Below are positions 38,696 to 51,281 of a stretch of 64,000 nt of DNA, piece after piece. Origin of the DNA: Phoronis australis (Eukaryota > Animalia > Phoronida). The notes beneath the pieces are model-generated. The model was given only the letters and a program-made list of their open reading frames with translations, did no database searches and was not told the origin of the DNA. The number at the start of each line of letters is the position of its first letter. Positions within the stretch are counted from its first letter, which is position 1. The stretch lies in NCBI GenBank assembly GCA_002633005.1, contig NMRA01000320.1:293328-357327 (forward strand), given 5' to 3'. A program made the translations under genes and the position numbers.

Positions 38696-40962
38696 ATGGG
38701 GAAAGGCGCATTTTGTAGCGCTATAAATTGCTCCAATTCTTCGATGAAAAACCCTGGACTATCATTTTTTACGTTTCCCAAAGACCCAAAAAGGTAAGGA
38801 TTATTTGTTATTCAATGATACGGTACCGATTGTCTTTAATTTTGTGTTTTCTTCAGGAAGACAAGTCGACCAGTCCAAGTGCCGCTGTCGTCTGCAGTGT
38901 AGGTTTCTACGCGGCAGATCTGCGTTCACGGTCTTATCGTTGGCTTGTTTGAATATTTTCCGTCCAGGTATTCCAAATCAAAATTACAAATTTAAATAGC
39001 CCTAACGGTGGCACTGATGATTTTAGAGAAACATGACCCGTAGGCTTGTCCCAGCCGGCCACACAGGCGTCCTGGCTGAGGCTGATCGCGTTCCTACTAC
39101 CCTAGCCTAGGCAATGGCAATATACTACTTATAATACTAGTATAGGCTATGTAGTGTATTGGGGACGATCAGCTGAGGACGTCTGTGGTCCCAGCTTGGC
39201 CAGGGGTATGACCAAGGCCACAGTCACATGAACTAATGATGTGGGGTTCGGCCCTGACTCCTTGGATCGACGTTTGGGTATTATTTTTTATTTGACACCA
39301 ATACCGTTTCATCTCTACAGCATAACACAGGTACATTACAACAGGACTAGTGTGGTGTTAGGTTACCATCTTCTTAGCCTTGGCACTAAATGATATATAT
39401 TTTGACGATTATCTTCATACAGCTCAGTAGCTGGCTGGCTTACTATCTTCTACGAGCCTGGCTGGTGACTGAGTTCCGTGAGAATGAGGTATGCTCCTGA
39501 GTTTCTCATTCATTTCTGTTAGGTGCAGGCGCTGGGTTATTAATGTCAGACGAGCGGACCTCATGAGTAAACAGGCAAGCTACTTGTCAAAGAATTGCAA
39601 GCTCTGCTGTCATCACTTTGAGGAATCAATGTTTATGAATGCTAGAACAAAAAACAAGCTGGTATGGGATGCAGTGCCAACTATATTTGATGTTCCAAAT
39701 CCCCCAAAACTGAAGATGTCAAAAAGGTCTCCTCCCACACCACGTGCCCCCCCAACATTGACTTCATGTAGTCCGGCTCACCCTGAGACATCTGGGGTTG
39801 AATCTCCTGACTGTGTCTGTATTGACAGTTTTGTTGAGGGAGAAACCAGTTCAGGTGGTAAGTTACTATTGTTATGAGTTGTTGATAAAGAGCACATGAG
39901 AAACAACCGTTGTGATCAAATGAGTAGACTACTTTAAATTTATATCAGTAATTGACATCTCTTTAACTTTCACTTGATAGTAGTGATTGTCTTATTCACA
40001 CAGTCATTATTTTGGACTCATTTGCTCTAGAAAACAAAATACATAAAATGAAGAAGAAAATGAAGCAGATGAAGATGCAGGTGTTTATTGATCGTTTGAT
40101 ACTATTGAAGTTGTGTTGTTTTTTGCCTGTTGGTATGTTTAACTAGAAAAGCATAAGCCTGCTCTTTATATAATCTCCCTGCTTGCATGTTCCATCACCT
40201 GACCAGTAATCATCTGAGCCCCTCAAACTACACAGCGCATTCATCAAGAGGCTTAATTGTCTTCTGAGTCTGCATTCTCTCTGAGCAAATACAGTGACCC
40301 AAAACAAATTGAGTTTCAGTATGAAGCACTTTTGGCAGGGCCCTACATGTTACAACAGCCTTTTCTATAGTTGCACATATAATTTCAGAGGATAAGGGGT
40401 GTCTAAGATAGCTATAGTCAGATTTGTATTTTGTACGTTGGTAATATCAAAAATGCTCGCTGTCTTGTGATTGTAAGGGGCTTAATCTTTTTTCTTTTGT
40501 TTTGTTTTGTTTTTGGTTTTGATTGGTAATTGTAATTGAATAGCACTTTCATGGGTGAATTGTGGTTATGAGGTTATGTATACCGTACAAATCATAAAGA
40601 GTAAGAAAATGCATTAGAACAGGATATTTCCACTCAAACATGAGTGGTAATGCAAGTGAGTAGTGTAAATACACTACAATTCTATCATTGCTGTAAAATG
40701 ACGCATTTGCATTGTTTCTCATTTGTTTTTTAGCATATGCTATGCTGTGAAAACCATAATGTTTTGTCACCTTACTTAAGTACATTGAGACTTCCATTTA
40801 TTTCCATGTGCATTTTGCGTTTGTAATTTTTAACGTGTTTTAGATCAAGCGATTGAAGCACAAGCTAGAAATGGCTACAATGCAAAAGTCTGTAAAAAAG
40901 GCTAGGAAAGTTATGTGTTATAAAGATAGAGTCAGTGAAATTCAAGAAAAACTTTCAGGTTT
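38696..40962 (+). CDS. Spliced THAP-domain + coiled-coil protein, probably a P-element/THAP9-like transposase N-terminus, truncated at the N at 40963
   Basis: Exons 38696-38793, 39523-39857, 40031-40080 and 40844-40962, all GT-AG and phase-compatible: MGKGAFCSAINC..FFTFPKDPKRCRRWVINVRR..LCCHHFE..AVPTIF, then ENKIHKMKKKMKQMKMQIKRLKHKL. Confidence 0.8.
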
Positions 40963-43307
40963 NTCACTCACCGGTAAATTCTTGTGACTTTCAGTAGGGG
41001 TCAAACTTTCAGCTGTTAAATGGCCGTTACTGAACCGATTTTAATGATATTTATATCAAACTGTTTGCTACAAAATTCTGCTTTCAACCCTGAGTGTACA
41101 CTTTTTATTTTTTTTGACAAAAATATGAGAAAATGTACTTTTTTTAATTTACTGCCTCGCCACTCTCTCACCTGGAAAAATCCTGAAAGTGTACACTCAA
41201 TGTCATAATCACTTATCATGTCTTAATCCATTCCTGATCAAATTTTTTCACTTCATCTCTCCATTTCCATTTAGGAACACTTCTAAAAAGATAACTTCAG
41301 TCATTTTTCAAGAACCATGTTGACCTTTCCAGGGTTCAACCTAAACTCGAACTAGCTGTTAGTGTTGTCAAATTGCGAACAAGATTTTTCAATTTCCATG
41401 GTGGAGTGAATCTGTACATCGCAAGTCGCACAAAGCGACGTGAGACAACAATCGATAGACGGATAATGTAGTCTGTACGACTACGAGTTACGTCAGTAAC
41501 GAGTACGAGTTTACTTTGGATACATGTATACGAAGTACTAAGTGCTCTAGATATATCCGTTATGTATGTAGGCTGTGTTTCCATTGTATTGCTGTTTGTG
41601 GCCGAGCATAGTCTCAAACAATGACAAAGTCAGCCAGTCCTTTGCAAACTCGGAAATCACTTTCAGTCTTTAATTAGTCTTAATTTGTATGTTATTTTGC
41701 TAGATCGTAATCTAAACCGTTAATTCATTTGGTGGGACACAAGAATTAGGCCTACTGAAAAAATACTTATGGGTTGAATGGTAGTCGACTTGGCTTAGGT
41801 ACTGCAAACGGACTGGAAAGCCACCGATCAAATTATGAAACATGTCGCTTCGAATCCAAGTCAACTAGTACCCAAGTGAACTCGCACCCAAAACAAATTT
41901 CATTTAAGTGTTTCTAAAATTTGGCAATTTCTTGCATGATTAAATCAATCACAAATTTATTTAAAATGACGCGATGTTACCTGCTATTTAGTCAGCGAAA
42001 ATGATTATTAATCAGCTAATAGTAATAATCAGTAATAACACGGGGTACGTGTTGACTTAAGTTGGCTTGGGTTCTAATTGATTGGAAGCTCAAGTTATTT
42101 CTTCATAACGTGTTCATATATAAATCTTCAGTTTGCGGCAGCCTTTACGTCAGGGTTAATCTACAAGTTCAAATTTCTTGCATAAAATAAGACCACTTTT
42201 ATGATGTGTGCTTTGATTGACCTGGGCTTGAGTTTTTTATGTAAATTGATGGTCATGTTGAAAACTACTTAAGCTTGATAAATAACATCGTTTATTTTAA
42301 GTTTGAACGTGACAATTTTTAACTGCTCAGGTAGTGCTCAATGGGCTTCCTTCGATACAGTTTGGACATAAGTTTGCGATTTTAATTTGTGCATAATTTA
42401 GTTATGAATGTGTCTACTAGTAGCCTTGAATAAAAAGTGTTAAATTTTCCAATTTCTTGCCATCTGAGTTCTCAGATTGTCTAGGACATCATATGGTCTT
42501 TGTAGTAAACAGTGATCCATAAATGTTTTCATGTGGCTTCTTAAAAGACACCAAAAGGTAACACCCCTTTGCTTCTGTTTTAATTATGTGTCATGCTGAG
42601 GACACACCTGGTCTAAGTTAAACCCTGTCTATTGAGGTGAGGTATTAAGCCTGGAGCTAACAGCTGCTGCAGATAATCTGTTCAAATCATCCTGTCTAAT
42701 CTCCAAAAGCCTGGTGAGGTAGTAGGTGTATAGTTAACAATAGATAGTTGGTTCAGATCATGCTGATTAATCTCTAAGATCCTGGTAAGGCAGTAAAAAT
42801 GTAACTATGAAACTTTCACAGCAAACGCCTGGCGAAAGTCATTATCAGTCTATGCAGCAAAATTCTGGTGAAGTATATAACTCTTTACGACATCACGTAC
42901 CCTACTCTGTTGTGTTGTTATACCTGTAATTACAGGTAGTGGTTTCATTGAGTTGGGATCTTGACACTGTTGTCATTTGACACCTTTAATGTGTGACACT
43001 TTTGATGATGAAAGTCATTGATTTAAGTTGACTACGTCAGCAACCAGATGTTACACTCTTTCAATTCTTTTACATAGTGAAAAACATAAACAGTTTTTGC
43101 AGCTCGTGGTTTCAACTCCAGACCATTTTTTAATTACATTAGTAATTATTTCACCGTATTCTACAAACTTTAAGTGACTTGTTTTAACAAGATTAAAATC
43201 TCTATATGTAATAAACGATCTCTGTCTATTTGTTAAATTTGTTTCTGTTTTTGCTCTCCAGATGCATTGGTAATCAATGTAATCATCATTGAATTCTTTT
43301 TCTGCAG

Positions 43308-45920
43308 ATGAAGGCGTCTTGAAGTATTGGTTAAGAAAAAAAAATGGTGAGATGGTGCTGAAATTGGTTGTGATGGATGACGCTGGGAAACGCCAAGTGT
43401 TCGATGATGTGCATGTGAACGGAGGTCACATGGATTTGAAAAACACAGAATTTAAGATAAGTGAAAGTTTTTATTGGTTAGGGATCAGAGCAGATGTTGA
43501 AAGGTGGATTGAATAGTGCGACAGATGTCAGAAAGAGGCAAACGTTCTTACTGTTCCCCCCGAGTTAAAGCCAATCATAACAACTGAAACGTTTGAAACT
43601 CTTGGGATTGATCGTATTGGTCCCCTGGTGACCACAAAAGATGTTAACCATCACTGACCTCTATTCAAAGTTTGTCTTTATCTTTGCAATACCTGATAAG
43701 TCTGCTGTTCATATATGTAGGCATTTATCCTCTGTGTTTAGTTTGTTTGGGCCACCTAAAACATTATAACTGATCAGGGAAGAGAGTTCTGTAATGATCT
43801 GAATTCAACTTTGTTTACTTTGTTTGGGGTGAAGCATTTTGTTACACTTCCTTATCACCCGCAAACCAATGGGCAAGATGAGCGTACAAAACAAACAGTA
43901 AAGCACATTCTGCTCAAGAGTGCATCAGACCACAAAGAAGACTGGGATCAATACATTAATACTGCGCAATTTGCCATCAATACCTCTCGCCAGAATACCA
44001 CCAAGTTTAGTCCCTTTTACTTAATGTTCTTGCGTGAACCGCGTCACTTTTCAAACGTTGCTCTTCTTGAAAAGTACAGAGGCTCTGGACCTCAATGCAC
44101 TGACCTACCGGTTCCGGAAAATGTCATTAGTGAAAGTGAGGTCAATGCTAGAGTTGAGCACATGAACTCCATTAAGGAAATTGTTGACGTCAATGTGGAA
44201 AAGGCTAAGTCAAAACAAAAACAGCAGTATGACTCCAAAATCAAGTCAAAAGCCAAGTCCTTAAAATAGGCCGCAAAGGCAATAAATTAGATGACAATAA
44301 TACTGGCCCCTATACAATTTCTGAACTTACAGACTCCTTCGCTTCAGTCAACCACCTGGATGAATGTCCGCACAAGAAGGTTGCTTGAGTGCAGCTCCTG
44401 CCGTACCTAAGGCCATCATCTCCTAAGCAGTCGGCGAAAAAAGCTGATCCACTTGGCAGCATTTCATCGACACCATCAGCTACCTCTCAGACCCCCATTA
44501 ACATCTCCACAATTTCGGAACCCCCCAAAAATCAGGTGTGGGTATGTCCAAGTTCCCTGTGGGTACGGTGGTAAATGACCCAAGTCTGACTGTCCCAAAC
44601 CTCCCAAATCATCAGGGGTGGGTATGTCCAAGTCCCCCATGGGAGTGGTGGTAAGCGACCCAAGTCTCACTGTCCCAACCCCCCCTAAATCATCAGGTGT
44701 GGGCATGTCCAAGTCCCCTGTGGGGGCAGTGGTAAGTGACCCAAGTCAGGCTGTCTGAAACCCCTCCAAATCGTCAGGTGTGGGTATGTCCAAGTCCTCC
44801 GAGGGTAAGGTGGTAAGTGACAATAGTCCAACTGTTTCAAAACCCACCAAGTTACCAGGGTTTTCGAAACCCTCCATGGGTACAGTGGTGGGTGGGCCAA
44901 GTCCTACTATTTCAAAACCTCAAGTTGTCTGGTGTGGCTAAATACCCCATGGGTCCTGCTAATCCATTGGTATCTCAACCCCCCAAATGTGGAAGTGTGG
45001 ATTCACACCCGCAAGCATCTGTAGGGTGCACATCGAAAACTACATGTCCTGCACCCAAAAGAAGAAGGCTGGATCAAGGTCGCGGTAACAACGTTCCTAC
45101 TGTTTCTCCGATGGTACCAGTAAAACCTTTACCATCTTTAACATTACCGCAGAGACGCGTGATTGCAAAGTCTTTTAAAATGTCGTCTTCTGAGTGGTTA
45201 GGTGATCAGATTATTGACCGAGCACATTCAATCTTGGCTGCTCAGTTCCCAGACATGAGCGGCTTTCAATCTTGTGTTACACTGACTGGTAAACATGAAG
45301 GTGGTTACATGCTTCTGGTTAATTCTAAGTTTGTTCAGATTCTTAATGTCAAGGGTAATCACTGGGTTACCATGAGTAATATGAAATTTAAAACAGATAG
45401 GAATTGTGTGCAGCTGTATGATAGCACGACATGTAAAAAAGTACATATTATTGTTAAACGTGTTGCAGCTGCTGCGTTGTTTGACCAAAGTAACCATAAC
45501 ATCACTGTTGAGGTTATGAAAATCATGCAGCAGGAAGGTGGTAACTATTGTGGGCTCTTTGCCATTGCCAATGCAATTGCGCTTTGTTTTGGTGATGACC
45601 CATCGCGTTTATTGTGAAAGCAGAAGGAAATGCGTAGCCATCTACATAAGTGTCTCGTTAATGAAAAATTCACGATGTTTCCTAGCACTTACTCTCCATA
45701 CCGACCTGATGTTTCAAATGTTAAGTTTTCATGTGATGTGCCAATTTTTTGTAGGTGTCGTATGCCATTTGATGATGATGAGGATGAGGACGATAACAGA
45801 ATGGTTGGTTGCGATAGTTGCAACGGCTGGTACCATCAGGATTGTGAAGGCATGGACGAAGATCAGTGGCCGTCAGTAGAATCATCAACAACATACATCT
45901 GCCAGCAGTGCAAGTGTTAA
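43308..45920 (+). mobile_element. Ginger-type DNA transposon relic: Gypsy-like integrase + Ulp1/C48 protease + PHD finger (pseudogenised)
   Basis: H..GGH...FYW.G...CDRCQ (HHCC), GID.IGPL, TDQGREF, YHPQTNGQDER and GPY, then WLGDQIID/NHWV/YDS/QQEGGNYCGLFAIA and FCRCRMP..MVGCDSCNGWYHQDC..YICQQC. No RT or RNase H; several stops and frameshifts. TIRs not identified. Confidence 0.78.
44520..44960 (+). repeat. About 81-bp coding-type tandem repeat (about 5 copies) between integrase and protease
   Basis: Unit tcaggtgtgggtatgtccaagtccc...gtggtaagtgacccaagtc repeats, encoding PPKSSGVGMSKSP.G.VVSDPS. Confidence 0.9.
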
Positions 45921-48900
45921 GGTCATGGAGTACCCTAGAAAATGGTGCATGAAATAAGAAATGAAATGACAATTTCAATAACTTGAAGCAACCTTTTTGA
46001 GTTTCATCTGGAAAATATCAGCAATATTTTGTTCATTTATGTACATGGTCATTTTGCCATAAGTGTACTTTTCCTGTTTCCAAATTAGCAATTCTACAAT
46101 CTTTCTACTTAAGAAAATTTATAATCGTTTAGACATTTGATTGAATGCAGAAGACTTGTTGATAATGTCCTACATAACCTTACACAAAATTTGACTCCAT
46201 TTGGTCATAAAAGTTTGAGTAACTCCACAAGGTATAGGTACGGGTTTGACTTGTAAATTTCAATTTTCAAAGTTTCAGATATGTCCAGATATCGATAGAA
46301 ATAATTTGTGCATTTGTGCTTTTTTCTTCAACCAATGAGGTGCACATTTCCAAATGAGTCTGCACACAGACTAGAACTAACTTTGTTTTTCATTTCTCAA
46401 AAATGAGCAACATTTCTTTACCTAAGGTCACCTAAGTCTTACCAAACTTGAAGTTTACCAAATGGTGTTATTTTTGGCATTCGCTGTTGAAAGTTGGGAT
46501 TGGAGAATGTAATTTGGGACTTCATCTGAGACAATTAAAATAGAATTCACTTGACTCAGTCAGTGGGAAATGTGCATTTTCTGTGTTTTAGTTGCTTCTA
46601 AGGGTGTACAGCTGAGGTCACTCTGCTCTGTTGCTACCCCTGTTTCGATCTAACAACTTGTGTGGCTTCAGACAGATATGACATTGATGATGTGGTGTCT
46701 TATTTTTTGTAGGTATCATTTGCTATTTGATGACAGTGATCATCTTGTTGAATGCGGTAGCTGCAGTGGCTGGTATCATTGTTTTTAAAAATACTCTTTC
46801 CTTTGTTTTCACATCAAACTCTACTCAATTTGAGCCAAAAATGAAGTCCTCTTCAAAGAACACTTATTTTTCATGTATACATTTTGACTAAATTTTATAG
46901 CGTTTTGATTGAGTGTTGGTAATTGATTTCATTCTGTTCGGTTGCTACCAGTGTTTGGATCTAACGACCTGTGTGGCTTCCGACAGCTATGACTTTCAGG
47001 TTATTGATTTTTGGTCATGTGATGTGCCAATTTTTTGCAGGTGCCGTATACCATACGATGGTTTATTGTTACGGTGACTGATATTGTTGTTTCAGTAGCT
47101 TCCTATTTACCAGGCATTCTGATATTTTGTTACCAGTGGTTCGATCTAACGACATGTGTAGCATCAGACATGTGTGACCGCCACATTTACATCTTCATTA
47201 CACGTAACAATCATTCCCATCTAGTTACCAAGGCTCTGTACATATTACTTTGTGTATATATTTCTTTGGTTTTTAGACTTTTTGCGTGTTCGCTTTTGCT
47301 TGCACGATCTGCGCAATGTAGTGATTCAGATTTTTTAAAAACCAAATACAGTTGATGTGTTCATTTATATCTTTATTATCGGTATTGGTAGATATGAGTT
47401 TGTGTACATGTTATGGTAAGGTCTCACCAGTTTAGGACACGGTATGACGAACAAGTGAAATTTTATTTTGCGTTTGTTTCATGTAAAAATATACAACATC
47501 AGATGTTGCACCAAATTTTTAAAGCTGTGTTCCATATCTCTAACAATTCACAGTGGTAATGAAAAAAGGTTGGTAATTGTTTTGGTCCAAAATTTGTGGG
47601 ACTTTCTCGTATTACTTTTCAGGCTTGATAATTTTAAACTGTAGTTGGACCATCTTTTGTTATGGTTCTTTTTGGGACATTCAGATCTGTATACATCAGT
47701 CATCAGTGCTTGTGTGACTATTAACAAATTTGTTCATATACAGCAATGTTTGGGTGCTTGTGACAGCTGTAAGTGAAGTGTGTGCTGCACGGTTGCTGTA
47801 AACAGATCTGAAGATTCCACAGTAGATTCCATAGAGTTTCAGATAATTCTCTCAAGTAAAATGGATACAACTGAACTCGATTGGCTAATGTTTTCTAATG
47901 AGATTTTTAAAAACATGGAAATTGAAATTGTCTTCCCTTTCACAATTCTTTAATTAAAATTTTCTGCACAAGAAAAAGGAAATGTCTTGATTGATCAGCA
48001 ATTTGATATTTGGAAATGAACAAAAAAACAATCACCGGTTTATATTTTGTGTTGCTGTTAATATTTGATTACAGTAGCCTTTAGTATAAATCTCTGGTTG
48101 CTTTGAACTTTCTTCTGACAGTAAATACAGTGGACCTCTAGGTAAGTAAGTTATATATATGAGGCATTGCATGTGATGTGGCTAAACCTTGGTTTAAATC
48201 TTAAGCATTTTGTTACAGTGTACCCATCCAGGTTAGTTTGGAAATTTCAGGGATGGGTGTTAAGCTAAACATGGGTGGGGGAAATTAAGGGTTTTATACA
48301 AAGTTTGTGACACTTTACCTAGCACAAATTCTCTTGTTTATGTAATGTTGATGTGTTTATTTACAGTCATGCTCCATCCATGTTCTTGCCACCAGGGATC
48401 AGGGTCCAAGGTATTAGGTTAGAGGAACAGACAGCCCTCCTGATTGTGTGTAAAAGTATGTCAAGTTAAATATAAGCTTGGGTTTGCATATACTGTACAG
48501 TAGAACTTCCCTACAAGGTACCTTGTTTAAAATGTAAAGAACAATATATTGTTTGAAGACTTACAGATTTTATGTAATGTATGTGAGTCTACACGGTGCT
48601 GTAAGATTTTGAAGGTACCATGATGTACGCTGTAACGAGGTTTCATTGTTAATGTATTTTGACACCATATCAAAGTGGTTGTTACTGCTATTCGTGGTCT
48701 GGAAGATGCTGTTTTTGTCTCCTACAATCTGTTTTAGTTAGGGGATGTGGATTTTTAGCATAGACATATTCATTTAAATATTAAAGAGTTTGTTTTCGTA
48801 GATGCATCCATAACTGCACATTTTCAAAGTGATTTTGTTTTGATTTTGAATCAAAATATTCCGACTAAGATTTGTGATCCTGGAAATTCTAGTTTAGTGT

Positions 48901-49408
48901 CTGTTATGGTTTTCTTAATTTCAAGAATATGGTCGTTTCCAGACTTCCATATGTATTTTATAATACGCATTGTACTATTATTATCATGGATGTACCCAAA
49001 TTGTACATTTTCAAGTCGGTTTGGAATTTATTTTATTTCCAAATATACTAGCATTTGTTATCCCAGGAGGCTATCCAATCGCCCTTGTGATTTTTCAATT
49101 GAAAGTTGTTGCTTCCTGGCTTGAAATTAAAATGTTAAGAACAGGTTTTGTACCACATTAAAGAGAATGTTTTCGTATTAATCGACAATTTTCAACATTT
49201 TCTGATGTCACTAGTACTTAATGTGTTCTTTCCTTTGTAATTATTATTTGGAGAAAATAAATTTCAATCAGAATGTTCTCGTCTCATTCTCTTGAGTTGC
49301 CTTTTTTGCTGGCTACTTGCCCCAGGCAGTTGTTGTAGCTTTTAGGAAGTAGGTGTTCATTTTCTGCAAACCAGGACGTCTGAACAATAACGACTGCTTC
49401 CAAATATT

Positions 49409-49665
49409 GTTTATTTAGTAGGACTTAAGTAGTGTTTATTTAGTAGGACTTAAGTAGTGTTTATTTAGTAGGACTTCAGTAGTCTTTATTTAGTAGGACT
49501 TAAGTAGTGTTTATTTAGTAGGACTTAAGTAGTCTTTATTTAGTAGGACTTAAGTAGTGTTTATTTAGTAGTACTTAAGTAGTGTTTATTTAGTAGTACT
49601 TAAGTAGTGTTTATTCAGTAGGACTTAAGTAGTCTTTATTTAGTAGGACTTAAGTAGTGTTTATT
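49409..49665. repeat. 25-bp minisatellite, about 10 copies
   Basis: GTTTATTTAGTAGGACTTAAGTAGT head-to-tail with few substitutions. Confidence 0.97.
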
Positions 49666-50747
49666 ACAACTTCACGTTAGTAAGACTTTCGGGTTTGCGG
49701 CATTTTCTTAGTAGTCAAGAAACAATTATGTAGGTTCCAATGTCGAAATCCGAAAATTTCTTGGTATTGGTAACTTATGAAACGTAAGCAATCATCTTGT
49801 TGCTGTGTTCACGAAAACGCTTCTTCAGTCTTGTTCAGAGACCTTAAAATGATAACGTAGTAACGGTTTTCACTTTGAGAAGAAATGTAGCTTATTCGTA
49901 ACTGCTGCTCAAGTCATTCATTAGAAAAAATGGAGCTCTGATTCCTAAAATATCCAAGTCGGATTATTTCTGATTGGCATTGTTCAATTTGGTATCAGCG
50001 CGATTGCAGTTTCGTGTGAAGGAAATTCGTCGCATATAATTATGTCTTTTCAAGAACTTATCAGTAAAACCTACCGTCGCAAATTATATTCGTTCTGGTC
50101 TGCGCTCTCTACATGACTTAAAGATACGCCAGAAACCTTGAATAAATGGTTGTGGTCCACGCCCGCATCATTTTGAACCTTGCGCTTCTCTGTTAATGCA
50201 AAATAGTAAAACCCGCATTGCCCCACTATTTTAGCAGATGATAGGCGAGTTTTTCAGTGTTTTCTTATCGATGTTCATATAGGAACAAGAAAAAGGGCAC
50301 GCCCGCATCAGTAGCAAAGCTGACGATCTTTTTTTAACACAAACGCATCCACGCACAATGACTTGCCAACACGTAATGTCAGCGATTAAGAAAGGCCTTT
50401 TTTTGAAAATGTCATATATTTTGTTTTTGAAAAAAGTCAATCAAAAAGAAATCGCACCCCATCACTCTTTAAACAACTACAGATCAGAATTTTTTGTTCT
50501 TTCAAACTTCTGATATCGCGCATTGATAGGATTTACACATTAAGAGGAATGAGGAATATATATGCTAATATATATTGCTTCCAAAGTTTCAATAAACCTT
50601 AAGACATTGGGTTTTGGCATATTTCACGGGCGTCTTAGCATCGACATGCAATTAATGAGATCAGTTAATGTGAAAACAAAATGCTAAAATCAATGAACAG
50701 TTCCTTTGAGAATATGTAGTGGCCTTAAAGGGGCTTTTGGGTTTCAT

Positions 50748-51281
50748 TCACGCCATATTTACGGCATGCACTTTGGCGCACTTCAATGACCGATACAATC
50801 GGTAGTGACCATGATCATTTAGATGCACTTGGTCACGGTGCATGAGCTTGCGACTGTTCCGAAATCGCTGGTGAAGCCAAAACATTACATTGGGAGAATC
50901 TTGGAATGTCTCCCGCACCAAGGTATTCATTGTATCGGCTTTCTTGTCGTATCCTGCCAGGTTGTATCTGTACAGGACAGAGGACACGAGAATAGTTGAC
51001 ACTTGCTACAAATGCTTGGTTAGGCGCACAAGCCGCTGGTGGACGTCTGACGACAGATCGTTGCCTTCCACATGGAGAATGACAACGTTAGGACAGAACG
51101 TCTCCACAACATCCATCTCCCTGTACACTGATGTTGTTGTCATCCCTACAAAGCCATGCAGCTTCACATTTGTGTTATAAGGAATCAAATCAAACAAAAA
51201 ATTTGTTCTATCGTCCTGTATGATGCAGTCTCGTAGGCGGCGTACATGGCTGCTGCCAAGAATCAACAATAGCTTAGACAT
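50748..51281 (-). pseudogene. SGNH/GDSL-type hydrolase ORF with one in-frame stop (probably retroelement cargo)
   Basis: ORFs 51006-51281 and 50748-51002 share a frame. Motifs ILGSSHV (block I), VILHVEGNDL (block III) and DQVHL (block V). TAG at 51008-51006; intronless. Confidence 0.75.

Noticed and set aside
47900-47935. Possible right TIR of the Ginger element (catggaaattgaaa)
   Set aside because: Only about 13 bp match an internal part of the candidate left end, and there is no terminal ACA or TSD.
49409-49665. 25-bp repeats as a CRISPR array or telomere
   Set aside because: Head-to-tail with no spacers and not a telomeric motif; a simple minisatellite.
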